Positions 18,198 to 26,717 of a DNA stretch of 64,000 nt are shown here, piece after piece. The DNA lies in IMG/VR virus record IMGVR_UViG_3300025138_000017, one strand, 5' to 3'. The translations under genes were made by a program, and so were the position numbers. A model generated the notes under the pieces. That model saw nothing but the letters and a program-made list of their open reading frames with translations. It did not search any database and was not told where the DNA came from. The DNA is from an uncultured virus (IMG/VR IMGVR_UViG_3300025138_000017) (taxonomy: Duplodnaviria; Heunggongvirae; Uroviricota; Caudoviricetes). Positions within the stretch are counted from its first letter, which is position 1; each line of letters starts with the position of its first letter.

Positions 18198-18978
18198 AAT
18201 AGTCGTGCTTAAACTCTAGGACTTTATCATAAAGACCATCACCCTTTTCATTTTTAAAATAAAGACTATTATAATGAGTAGTATCCTTTGGTAAACATTT
18301 ACCACCAAAACCAAACCTACCATCTGGTCCTGGAACATTCCAATGACTGTCACCTAAACATCCATCATGTTTTAAAAATGATGTAACCATTGTATAGCTT
18401 GAGCTATATCTTTTGCAAAGTTGCCACAGCATGTTGGCTTGAGCAACCTTAGCGGCTAGCATAGCATTCCTAGACATCTTCATAATACATGCTTCGTGCA
18501 AACTACATTGATAGATTACTTTTTCATCATGTGGTAATATTAAATTCATAAATGTTTCAGAGTTACCACCTAATACAGTTGGAATAGTTTTGTCGTTGAC
18601 GTCAGTCTCCCAATGATCTTCTCTTAAAAATTCAGGCCAAATGATAAAGTTATGATCAATTTTGGCATACTTTTCTAATATTAAATCAACAAGGTCAGGT
18701 CCTAGTGTACTTCTAATAACTGGAATAGCAAATGGAGCAGCATCTTGTATTCTATCTAATGCTTGGTAGACATAATCAAGTGCTAGTTTATCTCCATCTA
18801 AATTAGTTGGTACACATATAAATGCATATGCTGGATGAGCCCATTCCATATCCGTAATATATTTGTCCTGTCCTGGATCTTCAACTAATACCTCAGTGAC
18901 ATTAGGACAGTACTTCTCCAAATAGTATCTTGTTGCATTACCAACAAACCCGTTACCGAGTACTGCTACTGTTATCAT
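18184..18978 (-). CDS. UDP-glucose/GDP-mannose dehydrogenase family protein (short form)
   Basis: GNGFVG Rossmann motif, FICVPT, IRST, PEFLRE, GFGGKCLPKD catalytic Cys motif. Confidence 0.85.
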   Translation of the reverse strand: MITVAVLGNGFVGNATRYYLEKYCPNVTEVLVEDPGQDKYITDMEWAHPAYAFICVPTNLDGDKLALDYVYQALDRIQDAAPFAIPVIRSTLGPDLVDLILEKYAKIDHNFIIWPEFLREDHWETDVNDKTIPTVLGGNSETFMNLILPHDEKVIYQCSLHEACIMKMSRNAMLAAKVAQANMLWQLCKRYSSSYTMVTSFLKHDGCLGDSHWNVPGPDGRFGFGGKCLPKDTTHYNSLYFKNEKGDGLYDKVLEFKHDYYETV

Positions 18979-18980
18979 AT

Positions 18981-19193
18981 TTAATCCTTATGATTTTCTT
19001 CGAGCCATTCTTCTTCACCATGGTACACCGTTGACTCTTTCAGTGCTTTTTCTGCTGCCCATAATGTTTCGTAAATCTTTTTCTTACAAGCAAATCCATT
19101 ATAGCCATCTATGTTAGGGTCATCCATTACCCCTCTCCAAAGTTCTAAAGCTGTCTTAACTGACTCGACTGGTGTTTTATCTATGTATGGCAT
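18981..19193 (-). CDS. Small hypothetical protein
   Basis: 70 aa with AAGGAG SD. Confidence 0.65.
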   Translation of the reverse strand: MPYIDKTPVESVKTALELWRGVMDDPNIDGYNGFACKKKIYETLWAAEKALKESTVYHGEEEWLEENHKD

Positions 19194-19204
19194 CCTTTCT
19201 CCTT

Positions 19205-20140
19205 TTACTTAAATTCAACCTCTGCCATAACTTGAGTTAAGAATGCAACTAGGTTGACTTCTTGATCTGCTACGAAGGCTGATTTATATTGATATTCTCC
19301 AATTAGTAATACTAATTGAGGTATTGAACTTGGTGTCACTTTATCATTTGCATGATCGTATAGCTGTCTCATAATGCTTGTGGGATCACTGTCTATGTTC
19401 TGACCTACCCACTTACGCATGTCGCTGAACTTCTTGTCTTTTAGTAGGGCTAGGAGCGAATTAAACGCGTTCTGAGAGGAGTTAGCAAGTATGCCTATGT
19501 CAATGATCCCTGTCGCAGAATATCTCTGTAATTCATTGAGTACTCTTCTCCAATCCGGGAAGTGTCGTTGTATAATTTCTGCAAGTACTTTTTCATCATA
19601 CTTAACTTGCTCTTGATCTAAAATAGTTTTGACTCTATTAAAAAAACTACCGGCCAGCGAAGGGGCTAATTTCTTTGGAAAGACAAAGTCGATCACACTA
19701 CAACGAGATTGTAGTGGCTCTATGATCCTATTTTTGAAATTACAAGTTAAGATGAATCCACAGTTCTTAGAATATTCTTCCATGAAGTTTCTAAGTGCGG
19801 GTTGTGTACTTTGTGGATTGAGATAGTCTGCTTCGTCTAAGATAACATACTTTCTTCCTTCACTAAAGGACACGGTAGTAGCAAAGTTCATAATCTCATT
19901 TCGAAGAGTATCAATGTTGCCGTGAAGAGATCCATTAACTACAATGTAGTCAGCGTCTAATTCTTCTAGCATAGCTTTTGCTACCGTTGTCTTACCCACA
20001 CCTGCAGAACCAGACAACAATAAGTTCGGAATGTTTTGTTGATTTACAAATTGTTGGAATGTATTCTTTAGTTCATCTGGTAGAATACAGTCTGCCAATA
20101 GTTGTGGTCGATATTTTTCAACCCATAAAAATTCTTGCAT
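19205..20140 (-). CDS. gp44: Clamp loader large subunit
   Basis: WVEKYRP, GSAGVGKTT, ILDEAD, SRC. Confidence 0.97.
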   Translation of the reverse strand: MQEFLWVEKYRPQLLADCILPDELKNTFQQFVNQQNIPNLLLSGSAGVGKTTVAKAMLEELDADYIVVNGSLHGNIDTLRNEIMNFATTVSFSEGRKYVILDEADYLNPQSTQPALRNFMEEYSKNCGFILTCNFKNRIIEPLQSRCSVIDFVFPKKLAPSLAGSFFNRVKTILDQEQVKYDEKVLAEIIQRHFPDWRRVLNELQRYSATGIIDIGILANSSQNAFNSLLALLKDKKFSDMRKWVGQNIDSDPTSIMRQLYDHANDKVTPSSIPQLVLLIGEYQYKSAFVADQEVNLVAFLTQVMAEVEFK

Positions 20141-20143
20141 ATG

Positions 20144-20860
20144 CTATGACTCGAATGTAGAGCTACCCTGTTCGGTTGCTATCCAATATGTTAATATAGG
20201 TCCGTCTTGCATCTGGACTTTTTCGTCCTTCCAAGTCTTATTATTTAACGATTGGAATTTAGCTATACCTTTAGAAGATAATTCTACTTTATAATCATAA
20301 TTCATAATCTTCATATTCTCTAGCTTGAAGACAGCTTTGAATACTTTTCCACTTGCATTGTTATCAATCACAGTTGTGTACTTATCTGCAGTTGGATTCT
20401 TACTATTGATAGCTTCTAAGTTAATATTAGCTCCTTCAGAAGTAATTGCAATTTCAGGCAAGGACATGACGCTAGCAGCTCTAAGAGTATTGCTAAGATC
20501 AGCCCATGTGATATCAACTTCCACATCAACTTGAGGTAGTTGAACTTCTTTAGAAGGTGGCGTAACTATCATTTGAGGATCCGCATAAGTATAATTCACA
20601 CTTCTTTTTGCATCCCTAACAGTTACGAACTTCTCACCAAAGTCTAGCTCGGGGTTATCAAATAAAGTTAGCACCCCCAAGAATCGATTTAGTTCATAAA
20701 AACATCCAGCGGCTGGAATGGTATCAGGCAACACTGCTTTAGCCATTATAGACTTCTGCGGTGAGATTGTCTGCAACACATCACCAGGCTTTAGTTCTAT
20801 TCCAGTATTGATTACTGAGAATGATTTTAGAACATTTATTGTACTTTCACTTAATTTCAT
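20144..20860 (-). CDS. gp45: Sliding clamp
   Basis: MKLSESTINVLKSFSVIN N-terminus, YWIATE C-terminus; synteny with gp44. Confidence 0.93.
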   Translation of the reverse strand: MKLSESTINVLKSFSVINTGIELKPGDVLQTISPQKSIMAKAVLPDTIPAAGCFYELNRFLGVLTLFDNPELDFGEKFVTVRDAKRSVNYTYADPQMIVTPPSKEVQLPQVDVEVDITWADLSNTLRAASVMSLPEIAITSEGANINLEAINSKNPTADKYTTVIDNNASGKVFKAVFKLENMKIMNYDYKVELSSKGIAKFQSLNNKTWKDEKVQMQDGPILTYWIATEQGSSTFES

Positions 20861-20874
20861 AATATAATTATTTC

Positions 20875-21852
20875 CTACATATTTTTGTTTTTGCCAACCT
20901 TACTAGGATCAGCGGTTGCTGGAGCTCCGATCTGAGCTAAGTCTTTTAATGAACCACCGAACACGAACGAGCCCATGTGCTGTAATTCTATCCAAGGACA
21001 TAGCCATACTTTAATACCAACATGCCTAGCCCATTGACAGAACATATAGTCTTCTGAGAGATACCTATTAGAGTATTCTCTTAGTTTACCATTTCGTTTA
21101 TCTGCTACAAAGTCTAATACTTCTTTCTTAGTAGGCTTGCCTTTCTTTTCTTTATAGAATAATTCTAATTCTTTTTCAATGAATAGTTGTTTATCATCAA
21201 TCACTGCATCAAAGAATGCCATAATCTCTCTTGATCCATCAAAGTGTTCTGTTCTAACATGATCTGGTTTATACATCATATTAGGATACGCTTCTTTAAA
21301 GTTGTTCAATGCTTTCTTAGTCATCATCATAAACCCTGTACCACCTTCAAGTACTTCTGTAGGTTCACTTAGTTGAATTTCGTTTCCACCTGCAACAGGA
21401 TTGAATACATAATCACCAACAAACTTAGATAATACTTCTGGGTTCTCATCTGCCATACCTTGGTTGACTGCATGAGTAATCTTTTCCCATGAAATACATT
21501 TCTTAGGATATGGGCCACAAAGAATATCATATTCGTTCTTTGTGTCATCAGGATCTTGCATTGCTAACATTGTTATTACATCATTAGGATTAAATGAGAT
21601 ATCTGCATCAATGAATATCATATGTGTACAATCTGATCTTAAGAATTCGTCACAGCAATAGTTTCTTGCTCTTGTGATTAATGATTCGTTGAATAGATAA
21701 TAAAACTTTGCATTGATTCCATAGTGCATACATAATGCTGCAAGGTCATTTACTGATTTAGTATACATTCCAGCACACTGTCCGCCGTACATTGGAGTTG
21801 CTATGAATAGCGATCTCTTCTGTAGCTCTTCTATTGGTATATTAATTTCCAT
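20875..21852 (-). CDS. GT-A fold glycosyltransferase-like protein
   Basis: FIATPMYGG, ESLITRARN, FIDADI (DxD), GTGFMM, YLSEDYMFC. Start reassigned to MEINIP. Confidence 0.75.
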   Translation of the reverse strand: MEINIPIEELQKRSLFIATPMYGGQCAGMYTKSVNDLAALCMHYGINAKFYYLFNESLITRARNYCCDEFLRSDCTHMIFIDADISFNPNDVITMLAMQDPDDTKNEYDILCGPYPKKCISWEKITHAVNQGMADENPEVLSKFVGDYVFNPVAGGNEIQLSEPTEVLEGGTGFMMMTKKALNNFKEAYPNMMYKPDHVRTEHFDGSREIMAFFDAVIDDKQLFIEKELELFYKEKKGKPTKKEVLDFVADKRNGKLREYSNRYLSEDYMFCQWARHVGIKVWLCPWIELQHMGSFVFGGSLKDLAQIGAPATADPSKVGKNKNM

Positions 21853-22342
21853 ACTTTTTATCGTGCTCCTTTCCCACACCGTAATCACCATCATACATTG
21901 ATAGTGTTTCTGCTTCAAACATTAAGAACTGACCTACTCTGGATCCTTTCTCGATTATTGCTGGTCCATGTTCTACATGAAGTGCACCAGCCATTACTCC
22001 ATTGTAACCTGAGTCATATAGACCACTTGTTATGAACAAGCCATTTCTGTTAAGAGTTGATCTTGTGATCACCCATCCTGCATATCCTTCTGGAACGGTT
22101 ACTATATTCTCCATAATAATCTCATATGTTCCAGGTTGCAGAGTCCATGATCCATCTACAGGTTCTATTTCAACAGACCCTCTATGCTTCTTTTCTGATT
22201 CAGAAATAGAAAAGACTTCATTTTTTAACTTGAATATCTTGTCTACTCTAAGATCAACAGCATTAGGTTGACTGTCTCCTTCTTGTACATTCGTCAATAG
22301 ATTCTTTGGAATCGTTGGCGACATAATATGTTTCATACTCAC
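21842..22342 (-). CDS. dCTP deaminase/trimeric dUTPase family protein
   Basis: QPNAVDLR, RSTLNRNG, YDSGYNG, RVGQF. Confidence 0.85.
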   Translation of the reverse strand: MSMKHIMSPTIPKNLLTNVQEGDSQPNAVDLRVDKIFKLKNEVFSISESEKKHRGSVEIEPVDGSWTLQPGTYEIIMENIVTVPEGYAGWVITRSTLNRNGLFITSGLYDSGYNGVMAGALHVEHGPAIIEKGSRVGQFLMFEAETLSMYDGDYGVGKEHDKKYGN

Positions 22343-22626
22343 TTATCTTCTCCTTGCGTGAAGTGCCATAACAATATAGTATAATGAATGATCTTCATAA
22401 GGTCTTTCTTATTGTATCCTTCTTTCTTACCATATCTCATTGCGTACTTAATAATATTAGAATGACATGCTTCTTTCTCTTGACCCATCTGCTTCCAGAC
22501 ATCAATAGTTTGAATTTCTTCATCCTTGGTTCCAGCTTTCTCATTTACATAATGAGATGAGTATGTCTTTTCAATATACTCGCTAATCTCTTTTAGAATT
22601 TTATCTTCGTTAAATCTATAAATCAT
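22339..22626 (-). CDS. DUF3310-like protein (possible nucleotide kinase)
   Basis: TYSSHY, NIIKYAMRYGKKEG, DLMKIIHY pattern. Confidence 0.6.
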   Translation of the reverse strand: MIYRFNEDKILKEISEYIEKTYSSHYVNEKAGTKDEEIQTIDVWKQMGQEKEACHSNIIKYAMRYGKKEGYNKKDLMKIIHYTILLWHFTQGEDK

Positions 22627-23471
22627 AATCTTTCTGTGTGGTTGTATCTTTGAACAAGAAGGTCAATGTAGTTCATATTATTCTTTGCCATTGCAATGAA
22701 GGTACTATCCTCTATCTCAGCCTCAAAGTCAACATGCTTCTCAAACTTTCCATCATTTAATCCTGTTGGTGATTGATCAAATCCTACACCATTAAGACCA
22801 GCCCATACACCTGCACTTGAATCCCAAGTGTCAATATGGAAATCTCTTAGTAATGTAATCTCATTAGGACCATCAACCATGCCCAAGAAATGAATCTTTT
22901 TTCCATTCTGTGCAGCAAGTTGTAATAGGTTTCTATCATAGAGCTCATTCATAAACTTCCATCTAGCATTGAATCTCTGAAGTTTATTTCCAGTCTCACA
23001 ATGGTAGGCATTTGGTACAGCTAAGATACTGATACCAATATAATCTATTAGTGGACTTGACGCAGCCCAAGCAAACGATGTAATTAAATCTTCTAAGTCT
23101 CCAATATCACTTTGAGGAACAAAGAAGGTTCCAAAACCAGCTTGTTTGAATACAGGAGCATATCTTTTAGCGTCATCTATTCCTACCATACTTGGATGAG
23201 CAGGATGATCTGGTAACACTATATGTGTTGCATTTACTTTCTTTGCAAGGCCTACTAGCTTCTGTGGATCGAACATAGGTAGCTGAGCTTTGTATAACTC
23301 AAAGCCACTGTTATCCATTATGTTGAGATAGTTGGGTGTTTTTGATTCTTCTTGATAGAAGTCTATGTAGTCTTGATGACCCTCATCAATAAGATGAGCT
23401 AAAGTTAAATGGCAGTCCCTAGATTTTACTAGGTCCAAATGCGCCATAGGCGCGATATGACAAAATTTCAT
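22623..23471 (-). CDS. TGT-fold protein, putative DpdA-like DNA guanine transglycosylase
   Basis: IMDNSGFE, IVLPD, FFVPQ, IHFLG and DTWDSS resemble tRNA-guanine transglycosylase motifs; lies within the folE2/queD/queE cluster. Confidence 0.65.
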   Translation of the reverse strand: MKFCHIAPMAHLDLVKSRDCHLTLAHLIDEGHQDYIDFYQEESKTPNYLNIMDNSGFELYKAQLPMFDPQKLVGLAKKVNATHIVLPDHPAHPSMVGIDDAKRYAPVFKQAGFGTFFVPQSDIGDLEDLITSFAWAASSPLIDYIGISILAVPNAYHCETGNKLQRFNARWKFMNELYDRNLLQLAAQNGKKIHFLGMVDGPNEITLLRDFHIDTWDSSAGVWAGLNGVGFDQSPTGLNDGKFEKHVDFEAEIEDSTFIAMAKNNMNYIDLLVQRYNHTERL

Positions 23472-23502
23472 AATATATCCTCATTATATAATTAAACTAT
23501 TT

Positions 23503-23775
23503 CTAGTCTTTTTGTGGTACGCCAGCTTTACCTGATGATGTTGGGCCATCTGTCTTAGCCACAATGTTATCAGCATATCTAACATCCCACTTTTTACCTT
23601 TAAGCTCATCAACTTGTTGAGCTGTTAAGTTTTGTCCTGGAGTAAACCCCATCATCTTCTGTGCGTTCTGTCCACACATTTTAATGGTCCATTGGTTACC
23701 GCTACTGTTGCCCTTACACACAATGGTGTTAGGCTCGCAGTCTTTGGCCTCCTGGAATTCTTTGAAGTTATGCAT
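23503..23775 (-). CDS. Hypothetical protein with a capsid-targeting-like N-terminus
   Basis: 90 aa beginning MHNFKEFQEA. Confidence 0.6.
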   Translation of the reverse strand: MHNFKEFQEAKDCEPNTIVCKGNSSGNQWTIKMCGQNAQKMMGFTPGQNLTAQQVDELKGKKWDVRYADNIVAKTDGPTSSGKAGVPQKD

Positions 23776-23779
23776 AAAT

Positions 23780-24160
23780 TTATTCCCACACTAACCTGCA
23801 TCCGTTTTCATTGTCTTCTGCTACACTTATACTTAATGCTCGGTTAGGATATTTAGTCTGTATATATTTAGCTAACTCTCTAGCTATCATTTCGCATGAC
23901 TGATAATTAAGAGACATTGGTCCTTCATTACTATAACATGCTTCTAGCTCTCTTTTAAATAAAAGAAATTCTATATCTCTATCATCATGGAACACTTCTA
24001 TCTCTACTCTAAAGTGAAACATATGTCTATGAGGATACCCTAAGAAGGATACATCCTTTAGCTCTGGATCAGTTAATGCTTGTGGATACTTGTGTATTCC
24101 TTCTTTCTGAAAGGTTACCCAAATAAAGTTTTTATGCTTATCGTATTTAAAATCAGTCAT
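23780..24160 (-). CDS. QueD paralogue (T-fold), DpdL-like putative CDG decarboxylase
   Basis: LGYPHRHMF fits LxxxHRHxF; also RDIEF, SCEMIA and VAEDNENG. Confidence 0.7.
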   Translation of the reverse strand: MTDFKYDKHKNFIWVTFQKEGIHKYPQALTDPELKDVSFLGYPHRHMFHFRVEIEVFHDDRDIEFLLFKRELEACYSNEGPMSLNYQSCEMIARELAKYIQTKYPNRALSISVAEDNENGCRLVWE

Positions 24161-24527
24161 TATATTTCTTCCAACTTGCTAATGGGTCTGGTGTATGATT
24201 AAAAGCACATTGAGCATTTACTATCATCTCTTGAATCTTCTCTCCTTCTAAAGTTAGAAGTTGCTCTCGAGTCATCTCTTTAGGTTCCTGCACCCATCTG
24301 ATATCCCATTCATTTTTTTCAGCAATTGGTCTTCTTAGATTTGATCTAAAGACTGTCATGCTATATTTAAACTTTACAAACTTATGTCCTTCTCTATGGT
24401 ACATATCAACTTTATATAACTCTTGGTGTTCAGTTGATCCTCTATAGACAACATCACCGTTGGTGTCAAAGTATTCATATATGCCACCGAGAACAATATC
24501 TTTTAAAGTTTTCTTTTTGTAAGCCAT
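24153..24527 (-). CDS. GIY-YIG-like nuclease domain protein
   Basis: GIYEY-(8 aa)-YRGST, a later LEG Glu and a terminal FN. Start reassigned to MAYKKK, coupled to the folE2 stop (TAATG). Confidence 0.5.
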   Translation of the reverse strand: MAYKKKTLKDIVLGGIYEYFDTNGDVVYRGSTEHQELYKVDMYHREGHKFVKFKYSMTVFRSNLRRPIAEKNEWDIRWVQEPKEMTREQLLTLEGEKIQEMIVNAQCAFNHTPDPLASWKKYND

Positions 24528-25471
24528 TAATCTAATATCCCATGTCCGCCTGTTGATACTGCTATTGCATTCCAAGGATGCAGTGATTCTTCGTGTGAGG
24601 CTACGATGCTAAAGTCTTCAATCTTATTCTGATCAACCCAACCATCTAATGCACTATGCATAATTCTAACAGCATCCTCACTGAACAATAAGTTAGCTCC
24701 ATTGAGTTCTGCAAATGCTTGCTCGTCTCTTCTCTTAACAACAATCTGTACTTCTGTAGGAATGTTCTCTCTACATAGATCAACTAAGTCTTCTATCCAT
24801 ACAATGTTATCCTTGCTTCTGTCAAACGCTACCTTAACTTTTAAGATTGATCTCTGACTATGAGCATTAGCTGCTGCATTTCTTTTCTCTCTAGCATCAT
24901 GTGCTAACTCAAAAGAACATGGGCAAGTAGATGAATAAACATAATCAATAGTTAAAAACCATTTGTAGTTCCCATCTCTATACTGTCCTTCTAATTCTGT
25001 CTTGTATGCAATGTGTCCTCTTTGTTTCATATCAGGATTATCTTTCTTTCTAGTTCTCAATGCTTCCTGATACATTGGATATTTGAATCTAAGTTTAACA
25101 TATGCATTCCTAGTTCCTTGACCTTCTGCTAATTCTTTCAATGCAGATTCCATACCATCAAGTGATAGTTGGTCTTTAATCTTCTCATGCATAATGAGAT
25201 ATAGTCTTGAAAGGTTGAGGCCTTTAGCCATTGGATCATCTAAAGAACAATAAAGACTTGCTTCAGTCTGTAGCAGTTTATCTTCACCACCACTTCTGCT
25301 TCTAAGTCTTACAGGCAAGTCGACGGGAGCAATACCTACTTTCTTTAATGGTACTCGTGCTCCAGGCAATACTGGATCTACTTGTGGATCTGGTAAGTCG
25401 TCGGTATAAAAATCTTTATCATAACTAAAGATAGTACCTGGCATCTTCTCTGAATAATCTATGTTAGGCAT
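24527..25471 (-). CDS. folE2: GTP cyclohydrolase IB (FolE2)
   Basis: KGLNLSRL, STCPCS, AHSQRS, VKRRDEQAFAE, FSEDAVR, HEESLH. Confidence 0.93.
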   Translation of the reverse strand: MPNIDYSEKMPGTIFSYDKDFYTDDLPDPQVDPVLPGARVPLKKVGIAPVDLPVRLRSRSGGEDKLLQTEASLYCSLDDPMAKGLNLSRLYLIMHEKIKDQLSLDGMESALKELAEGQGTRNAYVKLRFKYPMYQEALRTRKKDNPDMKQRGHIAYKTELEGQYRDGNYKWFLTIDYVYSSTCPCSFELAHDAREKRNAAANAHSQRSILKVKVAFDRSKDNIVWIEDLVDLCRENIPTEVQIVVKRRDEQAFAELNGANLLFSEDAVRIMHSALDGWVDQNKIEDFSIVASHEESLHPWNAIAVSTGGHGILD

Positions 25472-25919
25472 TTACTCTCCTCACTGTTGCTGAATTTGCT
25501 TCATGTTCTCTAACTGTAACAGACTCTACCCAACATCTATCACCATATAATTTCTCTATTATACTCGAAGCTCGATCAAAAGTCAACTCTGCAAATCTCT
25601 CACAACCAACAGCTGCAACTTCTCTCATATCAATCAGCCCCTTGGTTTCTAAATCTAAGAATGTATCAAAGTGTGGATCATCTGTAGCAACTAGATAGGT
25701 ATGATCAAACATATACTTGAGCCATTCTTTAAGTTCTTTTAGACCACCAAAATCTACTACCCAGTTTCTGTTATCTAACTTATCGCTACCGAATGTTAAC
25801 TCAAACTGTAACGCATAACCATGTATTAAATTACAATGACTATCTGCTTTCCATTGTCTAAACGCACAACTATGTCCTGTGTTGTGTGCGTATACTTTAC
25901 CGCTTTCAAATTTTTTCAT
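25464..25919 (-). CDS. queD: 6-carboxy-5,6,7,8-tetrahydropterin synthase QueD
   Basis: HCNLIHGY, WVVDFG, FDHTYL, VREHEANSA. Confidence 0.9.
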   Translation of the reverse strand: MKKFESGKVYAHNTGHSCAFRQWKADSHCNLIHGYALQFELTFGSDKLDNRNWVVDFGGLKELKEWLKYMFDHTYLVATDDPHFDTFLDLETKGLIDMREVAAVGCERFAELTFDRASSIIEKLYGDRCWVESVTVREHEANSATVRRVNA

Positions 25920-26122
25920 TATTGGGTCCCCCATGATATTTTAATTCCTCTTCTCTCAAGTTCTCTAATGCACTTTGCTCTTCTTTTCTTAATAGGATTA
26001 CTACTGTTAATATATTCAAACAAGGCTTCCTTGCTCATTGTCTTCATGTAGAAGTGTTCTGTTGTTACTACTTTTGTTCCTCTCTGAACAGTCTTGGCAC
26101 TTGGTTTAAATTTTACTGGCAT
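25919..26122 (-). CDS. Small basic hypothetical protein
   Basis: 67 aa with AGGAG SD. Confidence 0.65.
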   Translation of the reverse strand: MPVKFKPSAKTVQRGTKVVTTEHFYMKTMSKEALFEYINSSNPIKKRRAKCIRELERRGIKISWGTQ

Positions 26123-26135
26123 TTTTCTCCTATGG

Positions 26136-26717
26136 TTATGATACGATTCCTACTATGTTTAACAACATCTTAGGATCCCTACCTATTTTTTCAAAATCTT
26201 CTTCTTTTGCTATAGCATTACCGCTAATAGATATCCTTGTATTCCCACTAATATTTTTCTTAGTGAAGTGAGGCATCCAATTAGGAAATATAATTAGCAT
26301 TCCTACTTCTGGTGTCTCTTCCATGACAACAAATTTATTATGTACAGTAGTTTGCCATACAATGTTACCACATTTAGGATCTGTTTTACTATAATACACC
26401 CAGCTTAAACAAGGCGGCACGCCTGGACGATCGTGAGTATGGATCATAGTTGATTCGTTTGGCTCTAAAATATGAGCCCATTGATTATCTGTTTTAAAGT
26501 GAGGATTAATTTCTCTTTGAATAATAGTGTCTACTTCATGTATCAATTTATCGCAAGCTAATGTCTCAGGATAAAAACTATCCTCCTGGAACGTATTGCC
26601 AGGTGTATCATCTAGCTTCATATTTTTTCTAGCTATAACATCTTTATTAATTTGTTCATTATCTATACCGGTAAGTTTTGTTGTAAACTTTCCAGCTAAT
26701 ATTATTGGACTAAACAC
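26136..26717 (-). CDS. Putative 2OG-Fe(II) oxygenase
   Basis: IHTH, SWVYY, GMLIIFPNWMPHF, RISISGN. Confidence 0.8.
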   Translation of the reverse strand: MFSPIILAGKFTTKLTGIDNEQINKDVIARKNMKLDDTPGNTFQEDSFYPETLACDKLIHEVDTIIQREINPHFKTDNQWAHILEPNESTMIHTHDRPGVPPCLSWVYYSKTDPKCGNIVWQTTVHNKFVVMEETPEVGMLIIFPNWMPHFTKKNISGNTRISISGNAIAKEEDFEKIGRDPKMLLNIVGIVS

